NCBI RefSeq assembly: GCF_030680935.1
Contig: NZ_JAUXUP010000015.1
Coordinates: 1,948 to 65,947, forward strand
Source of the DNA: Polaromonas sp.
GTDB taxonomy: Bacteria; Pseudomonadota; Gammaproteobacteria; Burkholderiales; Burkholderiaceae_C
Direction: 5' to 3'
Length of the DNA: 64,000 nt
Below the pieces are notes generated by a model. It had not been told where the DNA came from. It did not search any database and saw only the letters and a list, made by a program, of their open reading frames with translations. Positions 8,958 to 18,242 of this stretch are shown here, piece by piece. Both the position numbers and the translations under genes were made by a program. Positions within the stretch are counted from its first letter, which is position 1. The number at the start of each line of letters is the position of its first letter.

Positions 8958-10070
8958 ATGACAAAAGCCCTCACGATCGAGTCTGTCCGCCTGCGCCAGG
9001 TCAATCTGCCGCCCAAGGTGGTGCGCACCGATGCGATCCAGTCGTTTGTGACGCAGGAGACCCTGCTGCTCAGCCTGCGCTGCAGCGACGGCTCGGAAGG
9101 CACCGGATATGCCTACACCATAGGCACTGGCGGGTCGTCGGTGCTGGCCCTGTTGCGCGATCACCTGGCGCCACGTTTGCTGGGCCGCCACCCGCTGCAC
9201 TTTGAAGCCATCTGGAAGGACCTGTTCTTTCATACCCATGCCACCGCTGTTGGCGCCATCACCAGTCTGGCCCTGGCTTGCGTGGACACCGCGCTCTGGG
9301 ACTGGCGGGCGCAAAGCCAGGGCCTGCCTCTGTGGAAACTGCTGGGTGGCGCGCAAACACGTGTGCCGGTGTACACGACCGAAGGCGGCTGGCTACATCT
9401 GAGTGCTCAGGAACTGGTGGATCAGACCCTGGCGGCCCAGGCCCAGGGCTTTCGCGGGGCCAAGATCAAGGTGGGGCGGCCACATGTCAGTGAAGATGTG
9501 GCGCGCCTGTCCCGCGTGCGCGAAGCCGTCGGCCCAGGCTTTGACCTCATGACCGATGCGAACCAGGGTTTCAGCCGCCCGGAAGCCCTGCGCCGTGCGG
9601 CCGCTTTTGCCGGACTGGACCTGTCCTGGCTGGAAGAACCCCTGCCCGCCGAAGACGTGGCAGGGCACCGGCAGCTGCGCGCGCAGACGGCCATACCGGT
9701 AGCAGTCGGCGAGTCCATGTACCACCTGAGCCAGTTCCGTGAATACCTGGAGCAGGGCGCTTGCAGCGTGGTGCAGCCCGATGTGGCGCGCATAGGCGGC
9801 GTCACGCCCTGGATCAAGGTGGCGCATATGGCTGAGGGTTTCAACGTGCCGGTCTGTCCGCATTTCCTGATGGAGTTGCATGTCAGCCTGTGTGCCGCCG
9901 TGCCCAATGCAGCCTGGGTTGAGTACATCCCCCAGCTCGACGACATCACCACCAGCCGTATTCGGGTGGAAGGCGGTTATGCCTACCCGCCCGATACGCC
10001 CGGCCTGGGCATCACATGGGACTGGGCCGCCATCCAGAAGCGGCAGATCGCCGACATCACCATCGCGTAA
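8958..10070 (+). CDS. Mandelate racemase/enolase-superfamily acid-sugar dehydratase
   Basis: KIKVG, MTDANQ, WLEEP, AVGES, QPDVARIGG, CPH motifs. Confidence 0.9.
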   Translation: MTKALTIESVRLRQVNLPPKVVRTDAIQSFVTQETLLLSLRCSDGSEGTGYAYTIGTGGSSVLALLRDHLAPRLLGRHPLHFEAIWKDLFFHTHATAVGAITSLALACVDTALWDWRAQSQGLPLWKLLGGAQTRVPVYTTEGGWLHLSAQELVDQTLAAQAQGFRGAKIKVGRPHVSEDVARLSRVREAVGPGFDLMTDANQGFSRPEALRRAAAFAGLDLSWLEEPLPAEDVAGHRQLRAQTAIPVAVGESMYHLSQFREYLEQGACSVVQPDVARIGGVTPWIKVAHMAEGFNVPVCPHFLMELHVSLCAAVPNAAWVEYIPQLDDITTSRIRVEGGYAYPPDTPGLGITWDWAAIQKRQIADITIA

Positions 10071-10086
10071 GTTCAAAGGAAAAAGC

Positions 10087-10830
10087 ATGAGACTTCAAGG
10101 AAAAACCGCATTGATCACCGCGGCCGGGCAGGGCATAGGCAAAGCCAGCGCACTGGCCATGGCGGCAGAAGGCGCCCAGGTCTGGGCGACCGACGTCAAT
10201 GCGAAGCTGCTGGACGGTTATGCGGGCGTGCCCAATATCCATGCGGTGAAGCTGGACGTGCTCGACAAGGCAGCGATACAGCAGCTGATAGCCGGCATGC
10301 CGGCGCTCGACATCCTGTTCAATTGCGCGGGCTTTGTGCATGCCGGTACCGCCTTGCAGGCCACCGACGAAGAGTGGGAGTTCGCTTTCAACCTGAATGT
10401 ACGTTCGCAGTTTTGGACCATCCAGGCGGCCCTTCCGCGCATGCTGGCCAACAACGGTGGCAAGGGCGGCGGCAGCATCATCAACATGGCCAGCGTGGTC
10501 AGCATCAAAGGGTTGCCCAACCGCTTTGTCTACGGCGCGTCCAAGGCGGCGGTGATAGGGCTGACAAAAAGTGTGGCGGCCGACTATGTGATGCAGGGTG
10601 TGCGTTGCAATTGCATCTGCCCCGGCACCGTCGATACACCTTCGCTGCAAGACCGCATCAATGTGTACGAGGACCCGGTAGAGGCGCGTAAAAATTTCAT
10701 CGCCCGCCAGCCCATGGGGCGGCTGGCCCAGGCGCATGAAATAGCGCCTGTGGTCACCTTTTTGGCCAGCGACGAGGCGGCTTTTGTCACCGGCCAGCAT
10801 TACAACGTGGACGGCGGCATGACCATATGA
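10087..10830 (+). CDS. SDR, BDH2/2-keto-3-deoxy-L-fuconate dehydrogenase-like
   Basis: TALITAAGQGIG, LFNCAGFVHAG, YGASKAAV, FIARQPMGRL; ATG 10087 follows an AAAGGA RBS. Confidence 0.85.
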   Translation: MRLQGKTALITAAGQGIGKASALAMAAEGAQVWATDVNAKLLDGYAGVPNIHAVKLDVLDKAAIQQLIAGMPALDILFNCAGFVHAGTALQATDEEWEFAFNLNVRSQFWTIQAALPRMLANNGGKGGGSIINMASVVSIKGLPNRFVYGASKAAVIGLTKSVAADYVMQGVRCNCICPGTVDTPSLQDRINVYEDPVEARKNFIARQPMGRLAQAHEIAPVVTFLASDEAAFVTGQHYNVDGGMTI

Positions 10831-11573
10831 ACCAGCTTGACTTCAAGGGCCGCCACGCGGTGGTCACCGGCGGTGCCACGGGTCTGGGCTACGCGATTGC
10901 GCAACGCTTGCTGGCTTCCGGAGGCAGCGTCACCTTGTGGGACCGTGACGAAGGGGCTGCCAAAAAAGCGGCCACCGCACTGGGACCGAGGGCGTCGGCG
11001 GTGACGGTGGATGTGTCGCAGCATGCGTCGGTGCAGGCTGCCGTCAAGGCGACGCTGCTGATCGCGCCACGGGTGGATGCACTGATCAACAGCGCTGGCG
11101 TCACCGGCCCCAATGTCAAGCTCTGGGACTACCCGGTGGACGAATGGCGCCAGGTGATGGAGGTCAACCTCAACGGCCTGTTTTTATGCTGCCGAGAGTG
11201 GGCGCCGCATCTGCGTGCCAACAACTACGGCCGCATTGTCAACATCGCTTCGGTGGCTGGCAAGGACGGCAATCCAAATGCCAGCGCCTACAGCGCCAGC
11301 AAGGCGGCGGTAATAGCGTTGACCAAATCGCTGGGCAAAGAGCTGGCCGATACCGGCGTGCGTGTCAACTGCGTCACGCCGGCTGCCGTGAAGACCGCTA
11401 TTTTTGACCAGATGACGCCCGAGCACATTGCCTTCATGCTGTCGAAAATACCGATGGGGCGCTTCGGCACGCCCGAAGAAGTCGCCGCGATGGTCGGCTG
11501 GCTGTGTTCCGAAGAGTGCTCCTTCTCGACCGGCGCTGTATTTGATTTGTCAGGCGGCCGCTCCACTTATTGA
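10827..11573 (+). CDS. SDR oxidoreductase (2-keto-3-deoxy acid-sugar dehydrogenase-like)
   Basis: TGGATGLG, INSAG, NASAYSASK, VTPAAVKT, FDLSGGRSTY; ATGA overlap with the upstream gene. Confidence 0.85.
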   Translation: MNQLDFKGRHAVVTGGATGLGYAIAQRLLASGGSVTLWDRDEGAAKKAATALGPRASAVTVDVSQHASVQAAVKATLLIAPRVDALINSAGVTGPNVKLWDYPVDEWRQVMEVNLNGLFLCCREWAPHLRANNYGRIVNIASVAGKDGNPNASAYSASKAAVIALTKSLGKELADTGVRVNCVTPAAVKTAIFDQMTPEHIAFMLSKIPMGRFGTPEEVAAMVGWLCSEECSFSTGAVFDLSGGRSTY

Positions 11574-11603
11574 TCATTGACAAACCCAACCAAAAGGAAA
11601 AAA

Positions 11604-12452
11604 ATGAAACTCGTCCGTTATGGCAACCCCGGCAAGGAAAAACCCGGTCTCATCGATGCCGAAGGCAAGCTGCGTGACCTGAGCGGCGTGGTGAAAGACC
11701 TGGGTCCCGACCAACTCAGCGATGCCGCGCTGGCCAAACTACGCAAGCTCAAAAGCGCCAGCCTGCCGCTCGTCAAGGGCAAGCCGCGTATGGGCTGCCC
11801 GGTTGCGGGCGTCGGCAAGTTCATTGCCATTGGCCTGAACTACGCTGATCACGCGGCCGAGTCGGGCCTGCCGATTCCGAAAGAGCCGATCGTTTTCATG
11901 AAAGCCACGACTTGCATCCAGGGGCCGAACGACCCCGTGATGCTGCCCAAGGGATCGGTCAAGTCCGACTGGGAGGTAGAACTCGGCGTGGTCATAGGCA
12001 CCCGGGCGCGTTATGTGTCGCAAAAAGACGCGCTCAATTTTGTCGCTGGCTATTGCACCATCAATGATGTCAGCGAGCGCGAGTACCAGATTGAGCGCGG
12101 CGGCACCTGGGACAAGGGCAAGGGTTGCGACACCTTCGGCCCCATAGGCCCGTGGCTGGTCACGCGAGAAGAGGTGCCGAATCCGCAAAAATTGGCCATG
12201 TGGCTGGACCTCAACGGCAAACGCACACAGACCGGCAACACGAAAACCATGATTTTCAGCGTCGCCAAAATCATCAGCTATGTCAGCCAGTTCATGACCT
12301 TGATGCCGGGTGATGTGATCACCACCGGCACGCCGCCGGGTGTGGGGCTGGGCATGAAACCACCGCTTTACCTGAAAAAAGGCGATGTGATGACCTTGGG
12401 AATTGAAGGTCTGGGCGATCAGCGCCAGACGGTGGTGCCCTTCAAGCTCTAA
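11604..12452 (+). CDS. Fumarylacetoacetate hydrolase family protein (2,4-diketo-acid hydrolase-like)
   Basis: KFIAIGLNYADHAAE, DWEVELGVVIG, NDVSER, KGCDTFGPIGP, TGTPPGVG. Confidence 0.92.
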   Translation: MKLVRYGNPGKEKPGLIDAEGKLRDLSGVVKDLGPDQLSDAALAKLRKLKSASLPLVKGKPRMGCPVAGVGKFIAIGLNYADHAAESGLPIPKEPIVFMKATTCIQGPNDPVMLPKGSVKSDWEVELGVVIGTRARYVSQKDALNFVAGYCTINDVSEREYQIERGGTWDKGKGCDTFGPIGPWLVTREEVPNPQKLAMWLDLNGKRTQTGNTKTMIFSVAKIISYVSQFMTLMPGDVITTGTPPGVGLGMKPPLYLKKGDVMTLGIEGLGDQRQTVVPFKL

Positions 12453-12536
12453 CCCCGATTCAAGGGCTGGGCATTACTTGCCCGATGCCGGTTCCAGGGG
12501 CCCGAATTTTGCGCCCACGGGACTACACTCGAAAGC

Positions 12537-14894
12537 ATGAGCCCCCTCCCCGAGCTTGGTTTTCTGTCTGGCGATGGCGTTGTTGCCCGGCTCATGCGTG
12601 AGCAGGACTGGTCGGCCTCGTCGCTGGGTCCGCCCGCCTCATGGCCCCAGCCGCTTCGCTCCGTGGTCAATTTGATGCTGGGTTCGGCCTTTCCGATGTT
12701 TGTGGCCTGGGGACCGACACTGTCCCTGCTCTACAACAACGCCTACGCGAATATTCTGGGCAGCAAACACCCCGGCGCCTTGGGCCAGCCGCTTTATGGG
12801 GTCTGGCATGAGGTGCGTGCAGAGATTGAACCGCTGGTAGTGCGCGCCTTGAGGGGCGAACCGGTGTATCTGGAAAATCAGCTTTTCCGTCTGCTTCGCC
12901 GGGGCTACGTCGAAGACACCTGGTTTACTTTTTCCTACTCGGCTGTTGCGGATGACAGTGGCGCTGTTGCCGGTATGTATTGCACCTGCACGGAAACCAC
13001 CTCGTCGGTGTTGGCCGAGAGGTATCAACGTGCCGAGCAGGAGCGGCTGCAGACCCTGTTCGGCCAGGCCCCAGGCTTTGTGGCGGTGATGCGTGGAGCC
13101 GACCATGTCTTCGAGATTGCCAATCGCGCTTACCTGCAGTTGACGGGCTTTCGTGATGTCATTGGCAAACCCGTGGCCCAGGCTCTGCCCGAGGTGCTGG
13201 AGCAGGGTTTTGTGGCATTGCTCGATCAGGTGTTTGCCACAGGCGAGCCTTTTGTCGGCCGGTCCATGCGGCTGATGCTTCACCGCGAGCCCGACGAGCC
13301 CCTCAGCGAAGCATGGCTTGATTTTGTGTACCAGCCCCTGAAGGACGCCAGCGGCAGGGTAGAAGGCATTTTTGTTCAGGGCCACGACGTGACCGAGCAG
13401 CATCTGGCGCGCCAGGCGCTGCTGGCGTTTTCAAACAGCATTCCGGCCATTGCCTGGGTAGCGGCAGCCGACGGCAGGCTGGAGCGGCTCAATTCGCAAT
13501 GGACCGTGTACACCGGCTGGGCCGAGGAGGACTCGCTTGGTTTTGGCTGGATTGCGGCTTTGCACCCTGATGACCGCGAGGCGCCGGGTGATGCCTGGAA
13601 AGCGGCGCGTGCCAGTGCAAGTGAGTGGCAAACCGAATACCGGCTGCGGCGCCACGATGGCACACACCGCTGGTTTTTCACGCGCGCCGTCCCGCAGGTC
13701 AATGCGGCCGGTCAAGTGCTGTACTGGTTTGGTACCACCACCGACATCGAGGATGCCAAACGCATATCCGAAGCCATGCGTGATGCAGACCGGCAGAAAG
13801 ACGAGTTTTTGGCCACCCTGGCGCACGAGCTGCGCAATCCGCTGGCACCGATTCGCAGCGCCGTGCAGCTGCTGACATCACCCGGCGCAACGCCAGCGGT
13901 TCGCGAGCGCGCCACCGCGGTCATTGGCCGACAGGTCGGCCACATGGCACACCTTCTGGACGATCTGATGGACATCGCGCGTATCACGCAACGCCGCCTG
14001 GTGCTTAAAAAGGAGGTCATGCATGTGCAGGATCTGGTGGACACTGCTCTGGAGACGGTGCGGCCCTCTACCCAGGCCAAGCAGCAAACCCTGACCGCCA
14101 CTTTGGCTGACAAGGGTGTGCATCTGGTCGCCGACCCCGTGCGGATGGCGCAAGTCCTCTCGAATCTTCTGAATAATGCCTCCAAGTACACCGACCGGGC
14201 CGGGCACATTGCGCTGGACGTGCACCTGCACAGCGGCGTGCTGGCCTTTGTGGTGACCGACAGCGGTATCGGCATGAGCCAGGCGGCCATACAGACCGTC
14301 TTCAGCATGTTTGCCCAGGAGCAAGCGGCGCTGGACCGCTCTGAAGGCGGGCTGGGCATTGGCCTGGCGCTGGTCAAAGGCATAGTCGAGCTGCATGGCG
14401 GCACCGTCACCGCCCACAGCGAGGGCCCCGGACTGGGTAGCCGATTTGTCATCAGCTTGCCGTGTACCTGGCAGGCGGCGATATCACTCGTGGCTGAACC
14501 CACACCCTTGCCAATTGCCATGGCGGAAGCCCGCACAGTGCTGTTGGCTGACGACAACTTCGACGCGGTCAGTATTCTGGCCGAACTGCTGCGCCTGGAT
14601 GGGCACAACGTGCACACCGCCAGTGACGGCGTGCAGGCCTTGGCGCTGGCCGAGCGGCTGCGCCCCGATGTGCTGGTGCTGGATATCGGCATGCCCGGCC
14701 TCAACGGCTACCAGGTGGCGCGCCAGGTGCGCACGCAGCCCTGGGGCCGGCGCCTGCTATTGGTGGCCGCAACCGGCTGGGGCCAGGACAACGACCGCCA
14801 GGCGGCGCTGGATGCAGGCTTTGACCGGCACCTGACCAAGCCCTTTGACCCGCTGACGCTTTCGGCCCTGATCGCGGGGCATGATGCGGTTTGA
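12537..14894 (+). CDS. Hybrid multi-PAS sensor histidine kinase/response regulator
   Basis: PAS-like DWSASSLGP...WPQPLRS, two more PAS/PAC, FLATLAHELRNPLAPI, GLGIGL, C-terminal REC (LLADDN...LDIGMPGLNGY). Confidence 0.92.
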   Translation: MSPLPELGFLSGDGVVARLMREQDWSASSLGPPASWPQPLRSVVNLMLGSAFPMFVAWGPTLSLLYNNAYANILGSKHPGALGQPLYGVWHEVRAEIEPLVVRALRGEPVYLENQLFRLLRRGYVEDTWFTFSYSAVADDSGAVAGMYCTCTETTSSVLAERYQRAEQERLQTLFGQAPGFVAVMRGADHVFEIANRAYLQLTGFRDVIGKPVAQALPEVLEQGFVALLDQVFATGEPFVGRSMRLMLHREPDEPLSEAWLDFVYQPLKDASGRVEGIFVQGHDVTEQHLARQALLAFSNSIPAIAWVAAADGRLERLNSQWTVYTGWAEEDSLGFGWIAALHPDDREAPGDAWKAARASASEWQTEYRLRRHDGTHRWFFTRAVPQVNAAGQVLYWFGTTTDIEDAKRISEAMRDADRQKDEFLATLAHELRNPLAPIRSAVQLLTSPGATPAVRERATAVIGRQVGHMAHLLDDLMDIARITQRRLVLKKEVMHVQDLVDTALETVRPSTQAKQQTLTATLADKGVHLVADPVRMAQVLSNLLNNASKYTDRAGHIALDVHLHSGVLAFVVTDSGIGMSQAAIQTVFSMFAQEQAALDRSEGGLGIGLALVKGIVELHGGTVTAHSEGPGLGSRFVISLPCTWQAAISLVAEPTPLPIAMAEARTVLLADDNFDAVSILAELLRLDGHNVHTASDGVQALALAERLRPDVLVLDIGMPGLNGYQVARQVRTQPWGRRLLLVAATGWGQDNDRQAALDAGFDRHLTKPFDPLTLSALIAGHDAV

Positions 14895-14985
14895 CCAAGG
14901 GTTTACCCTTTGTTGGCTTAGACACTGATCTCTATAAAGCCTGTATTTTCAGTCGGGCTTGCCAAATCATCGCTGGTTCTGCTGC

Positions 14986-15009
14986 AAAATAGAACGGTCG
15001 TTCTTTTTT
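14986..15009. promoter_or_regulatory. Palindromic TetR (FadP-type) operator
   Basis: AAAAT-AGAACG-GT-CGTTCT-TTTTT, ending ~14 bp before the TetR start codon. Confidence 0.65.
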
Positions 15010-15022
15010 GTTTGGCTCAACC

Positions 15023-15778
15023 ATGTCCGTTACCGAACTCCCTGTCAAGACAGCCCGCCCGGCAGCGCGGGATAGCGGTCGCGCGGTCGCCAGCGGCATG
15101 CAAAAAGGCCAGCAGACCAAAGCAGCCATTGTGGATGCCGCACTGGGTCTGGCGACACAAATTGGTCTCGAAGGTTTGAGCATAGGCGCGCTGGCTGAAG
15201 TCATGCGTATGAGCAAGTCCGGCGTGTTTGCGCATTTCGGATCGCGCGAAGAACTCCAGATTTCGGTCATTCGCGAGTATTTCACCCGCTTTGAAGAAGA
15301 AGTTTTTTACCCAGCGTTGAAAGAGCCCCAGGGCTTGCCGCGTGTGCAGGCGCTGTTTGGCAACTGGATGAAACGCGTGGCGGTTGAATTGCAGTCGGGC
15401 TGCATTTTCATCAGTGGCGCCGTCGAGTTTGACGACCGACCGGGACCGGTGCGCGATGCGCTGGCCACCTCGGTGCAAACCTGGCTGGCGGCCATGCACC
15501 GGGCGGTGGTGCTGGCCAAACAGGCCGGGCATCTGAGGCAGGACGCCGATGAGCGGCAGATCGCCTTTGAAATCCACGGCCTGATCCTCGCCCTGCACTA
15601 CGAAGCCCGCTTCCTCAAAACACCGGGCGCGATGGAGCGTACCTTGCAGGCCTTTCAGAGCATTCTGGCGCGTTACGGCAGCGAGAACGCCTGTAATTTG
15701 GCATCGACCATGAATTCCGCTTCGAAGAAAATTCGCGGCGCCAAAACAGCGTCCGAATCTTCATCAACTTCCACTTAA
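15023..15778 (+). CDS. TetR-family regulator heading the beta-oxidation operon (FadP-like)
   Basis: GLEGLSIGALAEVMRMSKSGVFAHFGSREELQ; first gene of the fad cluster. The start could instead be the MQKGQQTK Met. Confidence 0.85.
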   Translation: MSVTELPVKTARPAARDSGRAVASGMQKGQQTKAAIVDAALGLATQIGLEGLSIGALAEVMRMSKSGVFAHFGSREELQISVIREYFTRFEEEVFYPALKEPQGLPRVQALFGNWMKRVAVELQSGCIFISGAVEFDDRPGPVRDALATSVQTWLAAMHRAVVLAKQAGHLRQDADERQIAFEIHGLILALHYEARFLKTPGAMERTLQAFQSILARYGSENACNLASTMNSASKKIRGAKTASESSSTST

Positions 15779-15799
15779 TCCCCTTTAAGGACTCTCTCC

Positions 15800-17596
15800 A
15801 TGCCTCAATACTCCCCGCCTCTGCGCGACATGCAATTTGTCATGCATGAAGTGCTCAAGGTCACCGACGAGCTCAAGCCGATCACCAAGTACGCCGATGC
15901 CGATGTGGACACCATCAACGCCATCCTGGAAGAGGGCGGCAAGTTTGCCAGCGAGGTCATTCTTCCGATCAACGTCAGTGGCGACGAAGAGGGCTGCAAG
16001 CTGGATCCGGTGACACATGCCGTGACCACGCCCAAGGGCTTCAAGGAAGCCTACGAAAAATACGTTGAAGGCGGCTGGCCCGCCCTGAGCTGCGACCCCG
16101 AATTTGGCGGACAAGGCCTGCCACTGGTCGTCAACCAGTGCTTCTACGAAATGCTCAACAGCGCCAACCAGGCCTGGACCATGTACCCCGGCCTGACACA
16201 CGGCGCCCATGCCGCACTGCACAGCCACGGCACCGACGAGCAAAAGAAAACCTATTTGCACAAAATGACCAGTGGCGAATGGACGGGCACCATGTGCCTG
16301 ACCGAACCGCATTGCGGCACCGACCTGGGCCTGATGCGTACCAAGGCCGAGCCGCAGCCAGACGGCACGTACAAGATCACCGGCAACAAGATTTTCATCA
16401 GCGCCGGTGAACATGACATGGCTGGCAACATCATCCACCTGGTGCTGGCCCGCATCACCGATGCGCCTCCCGGCATCAAGGGCGTCAGCCTGTTCATCGT
16501 GCCCAAGTTTCTGGTCAACGCCGATGGCACGCTCGGTGAGCGCAACGGCATCTACTGTGGCGGCCTGGAGCACAAAATGGGCATCCATGGCAATGCCACG
16601 GCGCAGATCGTCATCGACGGCGCCATTGGCACGCTGGTCGGGCAACCCAACAAAGGCATGCAGGGCATGTTTGTGATGATGAATGCCGCCCGCCTGGGTG
16701 TTGGCAACCAGTCGCTGGGTCTGACTGAAGTCGCCTATCAGAACGCACTGGCTTATGCCAAAGACCGCTTGCAGATGCGTTCGCTTTCAGGCGTCAAGGC
16801 CAAGGACAAACCGGCTGATCCCATCATCGTGCATCCCGATGTGCGCAAGATGCTGCTCACCGCCAAGGCTTATGCCGAAGGCGGCCGGGCGCTGGCGATC
16901 TATTGCACGGTGCTGCTCGACAAGGAGCACTACCACCCCGACGAAAAAGTGCGCAAGGACAGCGGCGAAATCCTGTCGCTGCTGACACCCATCGTCAAAG
17001 CCTTCCTGACCGATAACGGGCATATTTCCACCAATGCCTGCATGCAGGTGTTTGGCGGCCATGGCTTCATCAAGGAATGGGGCATGGAGCAGTTTGTGCG
17101 CGACAACCGCATCAACATGATTTACGAAGGCACCAACACGATCCAGTCGCTGGACCTGCTGGGCCGCAAGATCCTGGGCAACAACGGCGCTACGCTGAAA
17201 AAATTCGGCAAGCTCATCGGTGCGCTGGTGGCAGAAGAAGGCGTCAACGAGAAGATGGCCGAGTTCATCAACCCGCTGGCCTACCTGGCAGACCAGATGA
17301 CCAAGTTCACAACCGAGCTGGGCTTCAAGGGCTTCCAGAACCCCGACGAAGTGGGCGCTGCGGCCGTGGATTACCTGCGTGTGGCCGGCCATCTGGTGTT
17401 TGGCTATTTCTGGGCCCGCATGGCGCAGGTGGCGCTGCGCGAAGTGGCGGCCGGCAATACCGACCCCTTCTACCAGGCCAAGCTGCAGACGGCGCGCTTT
17501 TACTTCGCCAAACTTTTCCCTGAAACCGCCACGCTGATGCGCACCGCGCGCAGCGGCAGCAAGGTGTTGATGGATACCGACGCCGCACTGGCCTGA
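15800..17596 (+). CDS. Acyl-CoA dehydrogenase (long ~600-aa type)
   Basis: GTMCLTEPHCGTDLG, ITGNKIFIS, EHKMGIHGNAT, FGGHGFIKEWG, IYEGTNTIQ. Confidence 0.95.
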   Translation: MPQYSPPLRDMQFVMHEVLKVTDELKPITKYADADVDTINAILEEGGKFASEVILPINVSGDEEGCKLDPVTHAVTTPKGFKEAYEKYVEGGWPALSCDPEFGGQGLPLVVNQCFYEMLNSANQAWTMYPGLTHGAHAALHSHGTDEQKKTYLHKMTSGEWTGTMCLTEPHCGTDLGLMRTKAEPQPDGTYKITGNKIFISAGEHDMAGNIIHLVLARITDAPPGIKGVSLFIVPKFLVNADGTLGERNGIYCGGLEHKMGIHGNATAQIVIDGAIGTLVGQPNKGMQGMFVMMNAARLGVGNQSLGLTEVAYQNALAYAKDRLQMRSLSGVKAKDKPADPIIVHPDVRKMLLTAKAYAEGGRALAIYCTVLLDKEHYHPDEKVRKDSGEILSLLTPIVKAFLTDNGHISTNACMQVFGGHGFIKEWGMEQFVRDNRINMIYEGTNTIQSLDLLGRKILGNNGATLKKFGKLIGALVAEEGVNEKMAEFINPLAYLADQMTKFTTELGFKGFQNPDEVGAAAVDYLRVAGHLVFGYFWARMAQVALREVAAGNTDPFYQAKLQTARFYFAKLFPETATLMRTARSGSKVLMDTDAALA

Positions 17597-17637
17597 TTGC
17601 CGGATTTTCCCCAAATTTTGAGCCTTTTGGCATTGGA

Positions 17638-17678
17638 GCCCTTATGTACCGTGCGCTAGCCGCTATTGTTTTGGGAGC
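17638..17678 (+). repeat. 41-bp spaced motif, copy 4 (contains the DUF2147 start codon and signal peptide)
   Basis: GCCC-TTATGTACCGT-GCG-CTAGC-CGCT-ATTGTTTTGG-GAGC (2 anchor mismatches). Confidence 0.6.
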
Positions 17679-18078
17679 AAGTTGCATCTCCGGTTTTGCC
17701 CAGATGACTCCTGTTGGCGTTTGGCGCAACCTGGACGACAAGACCGGTGAGGCGAAAGCCGAGATACGCATTGTTGAAGCCGGTGGTGTGCTCAGCGGCA
17801 AGATCGATAAACGTATTGGCAAGGACATCAAGCCCGATGACAGCTGCGACCAGTGCAGCGACGACCGCAAGGACAAACCCATCCTCGGGCTTGAAATCAT
17901 TCGTGGCGCCAAAAAGGCCGAAGGCAAAGACGTGTGGGAAGGCGGCAAGATTCTGGACCCCGAAAACGGCCGCAATTACAGCCTGCGCATGACGCCCATC
18001 GATGCCGGAAAAAAGCTTGAAGTACGGGGCTCGTTCGGCCCCTTTGGGCGAACCCAGACCTGGGTCCGTATGAATTGA
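17644..18078 (+). CDS. DUF2147 domain secreted protein
   Basis: Signal peptide; PVGVWRNLDD, C..C, ILGLEII, WEGGKILDPENG..Y, GRTQTW.R. Confidence 0.85.
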   Translation: MYRALAAIVLGASCISGFAQMTPVGVWRNLDDKTGEAKAEIRIVEAGGVLSGKIDKRIGKDIKPDDSCDQCSDDRKDKPILGLEIIRGAKKAEGKDVWEGGKILDPENGRNYSLRMTPIDAGKKLEVRGSFGPFGRTQTWVRMN

Positions 18079-18079
18079 A

Positions 18080-18215
18080 ACACCCCGCCTGCGACTCACT
18101 GCGTGTAGCCGCATCCCCCCTTGCAGGGGCGACACCTGTGGTCCGGCAAAGCCGGTTCCACGCTGTCACTGGCCAGGGAGTCACGCTGAGCACCGAGGGT
18201 GCGCAGCGAACCGAG
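18080..18215. repeat. Structured intergenic element (probable dispersed repeat)
   Basis: Consecutive hairpins ccccttgcagggg and ccggcaaagccgg; single copy in the window. Confidence 0.4.
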
Positions 18216-18242
18216 ATAAGTAGTCAATAAGGAACAAAACAG

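Noticed and set aside
15680-15778. Ser/Thr-rich C-terminal tail of the FadP-like TetR
   Set aside because: Low-complexity tails are common on TetRs; no repeat, frameshift or domain evidence.
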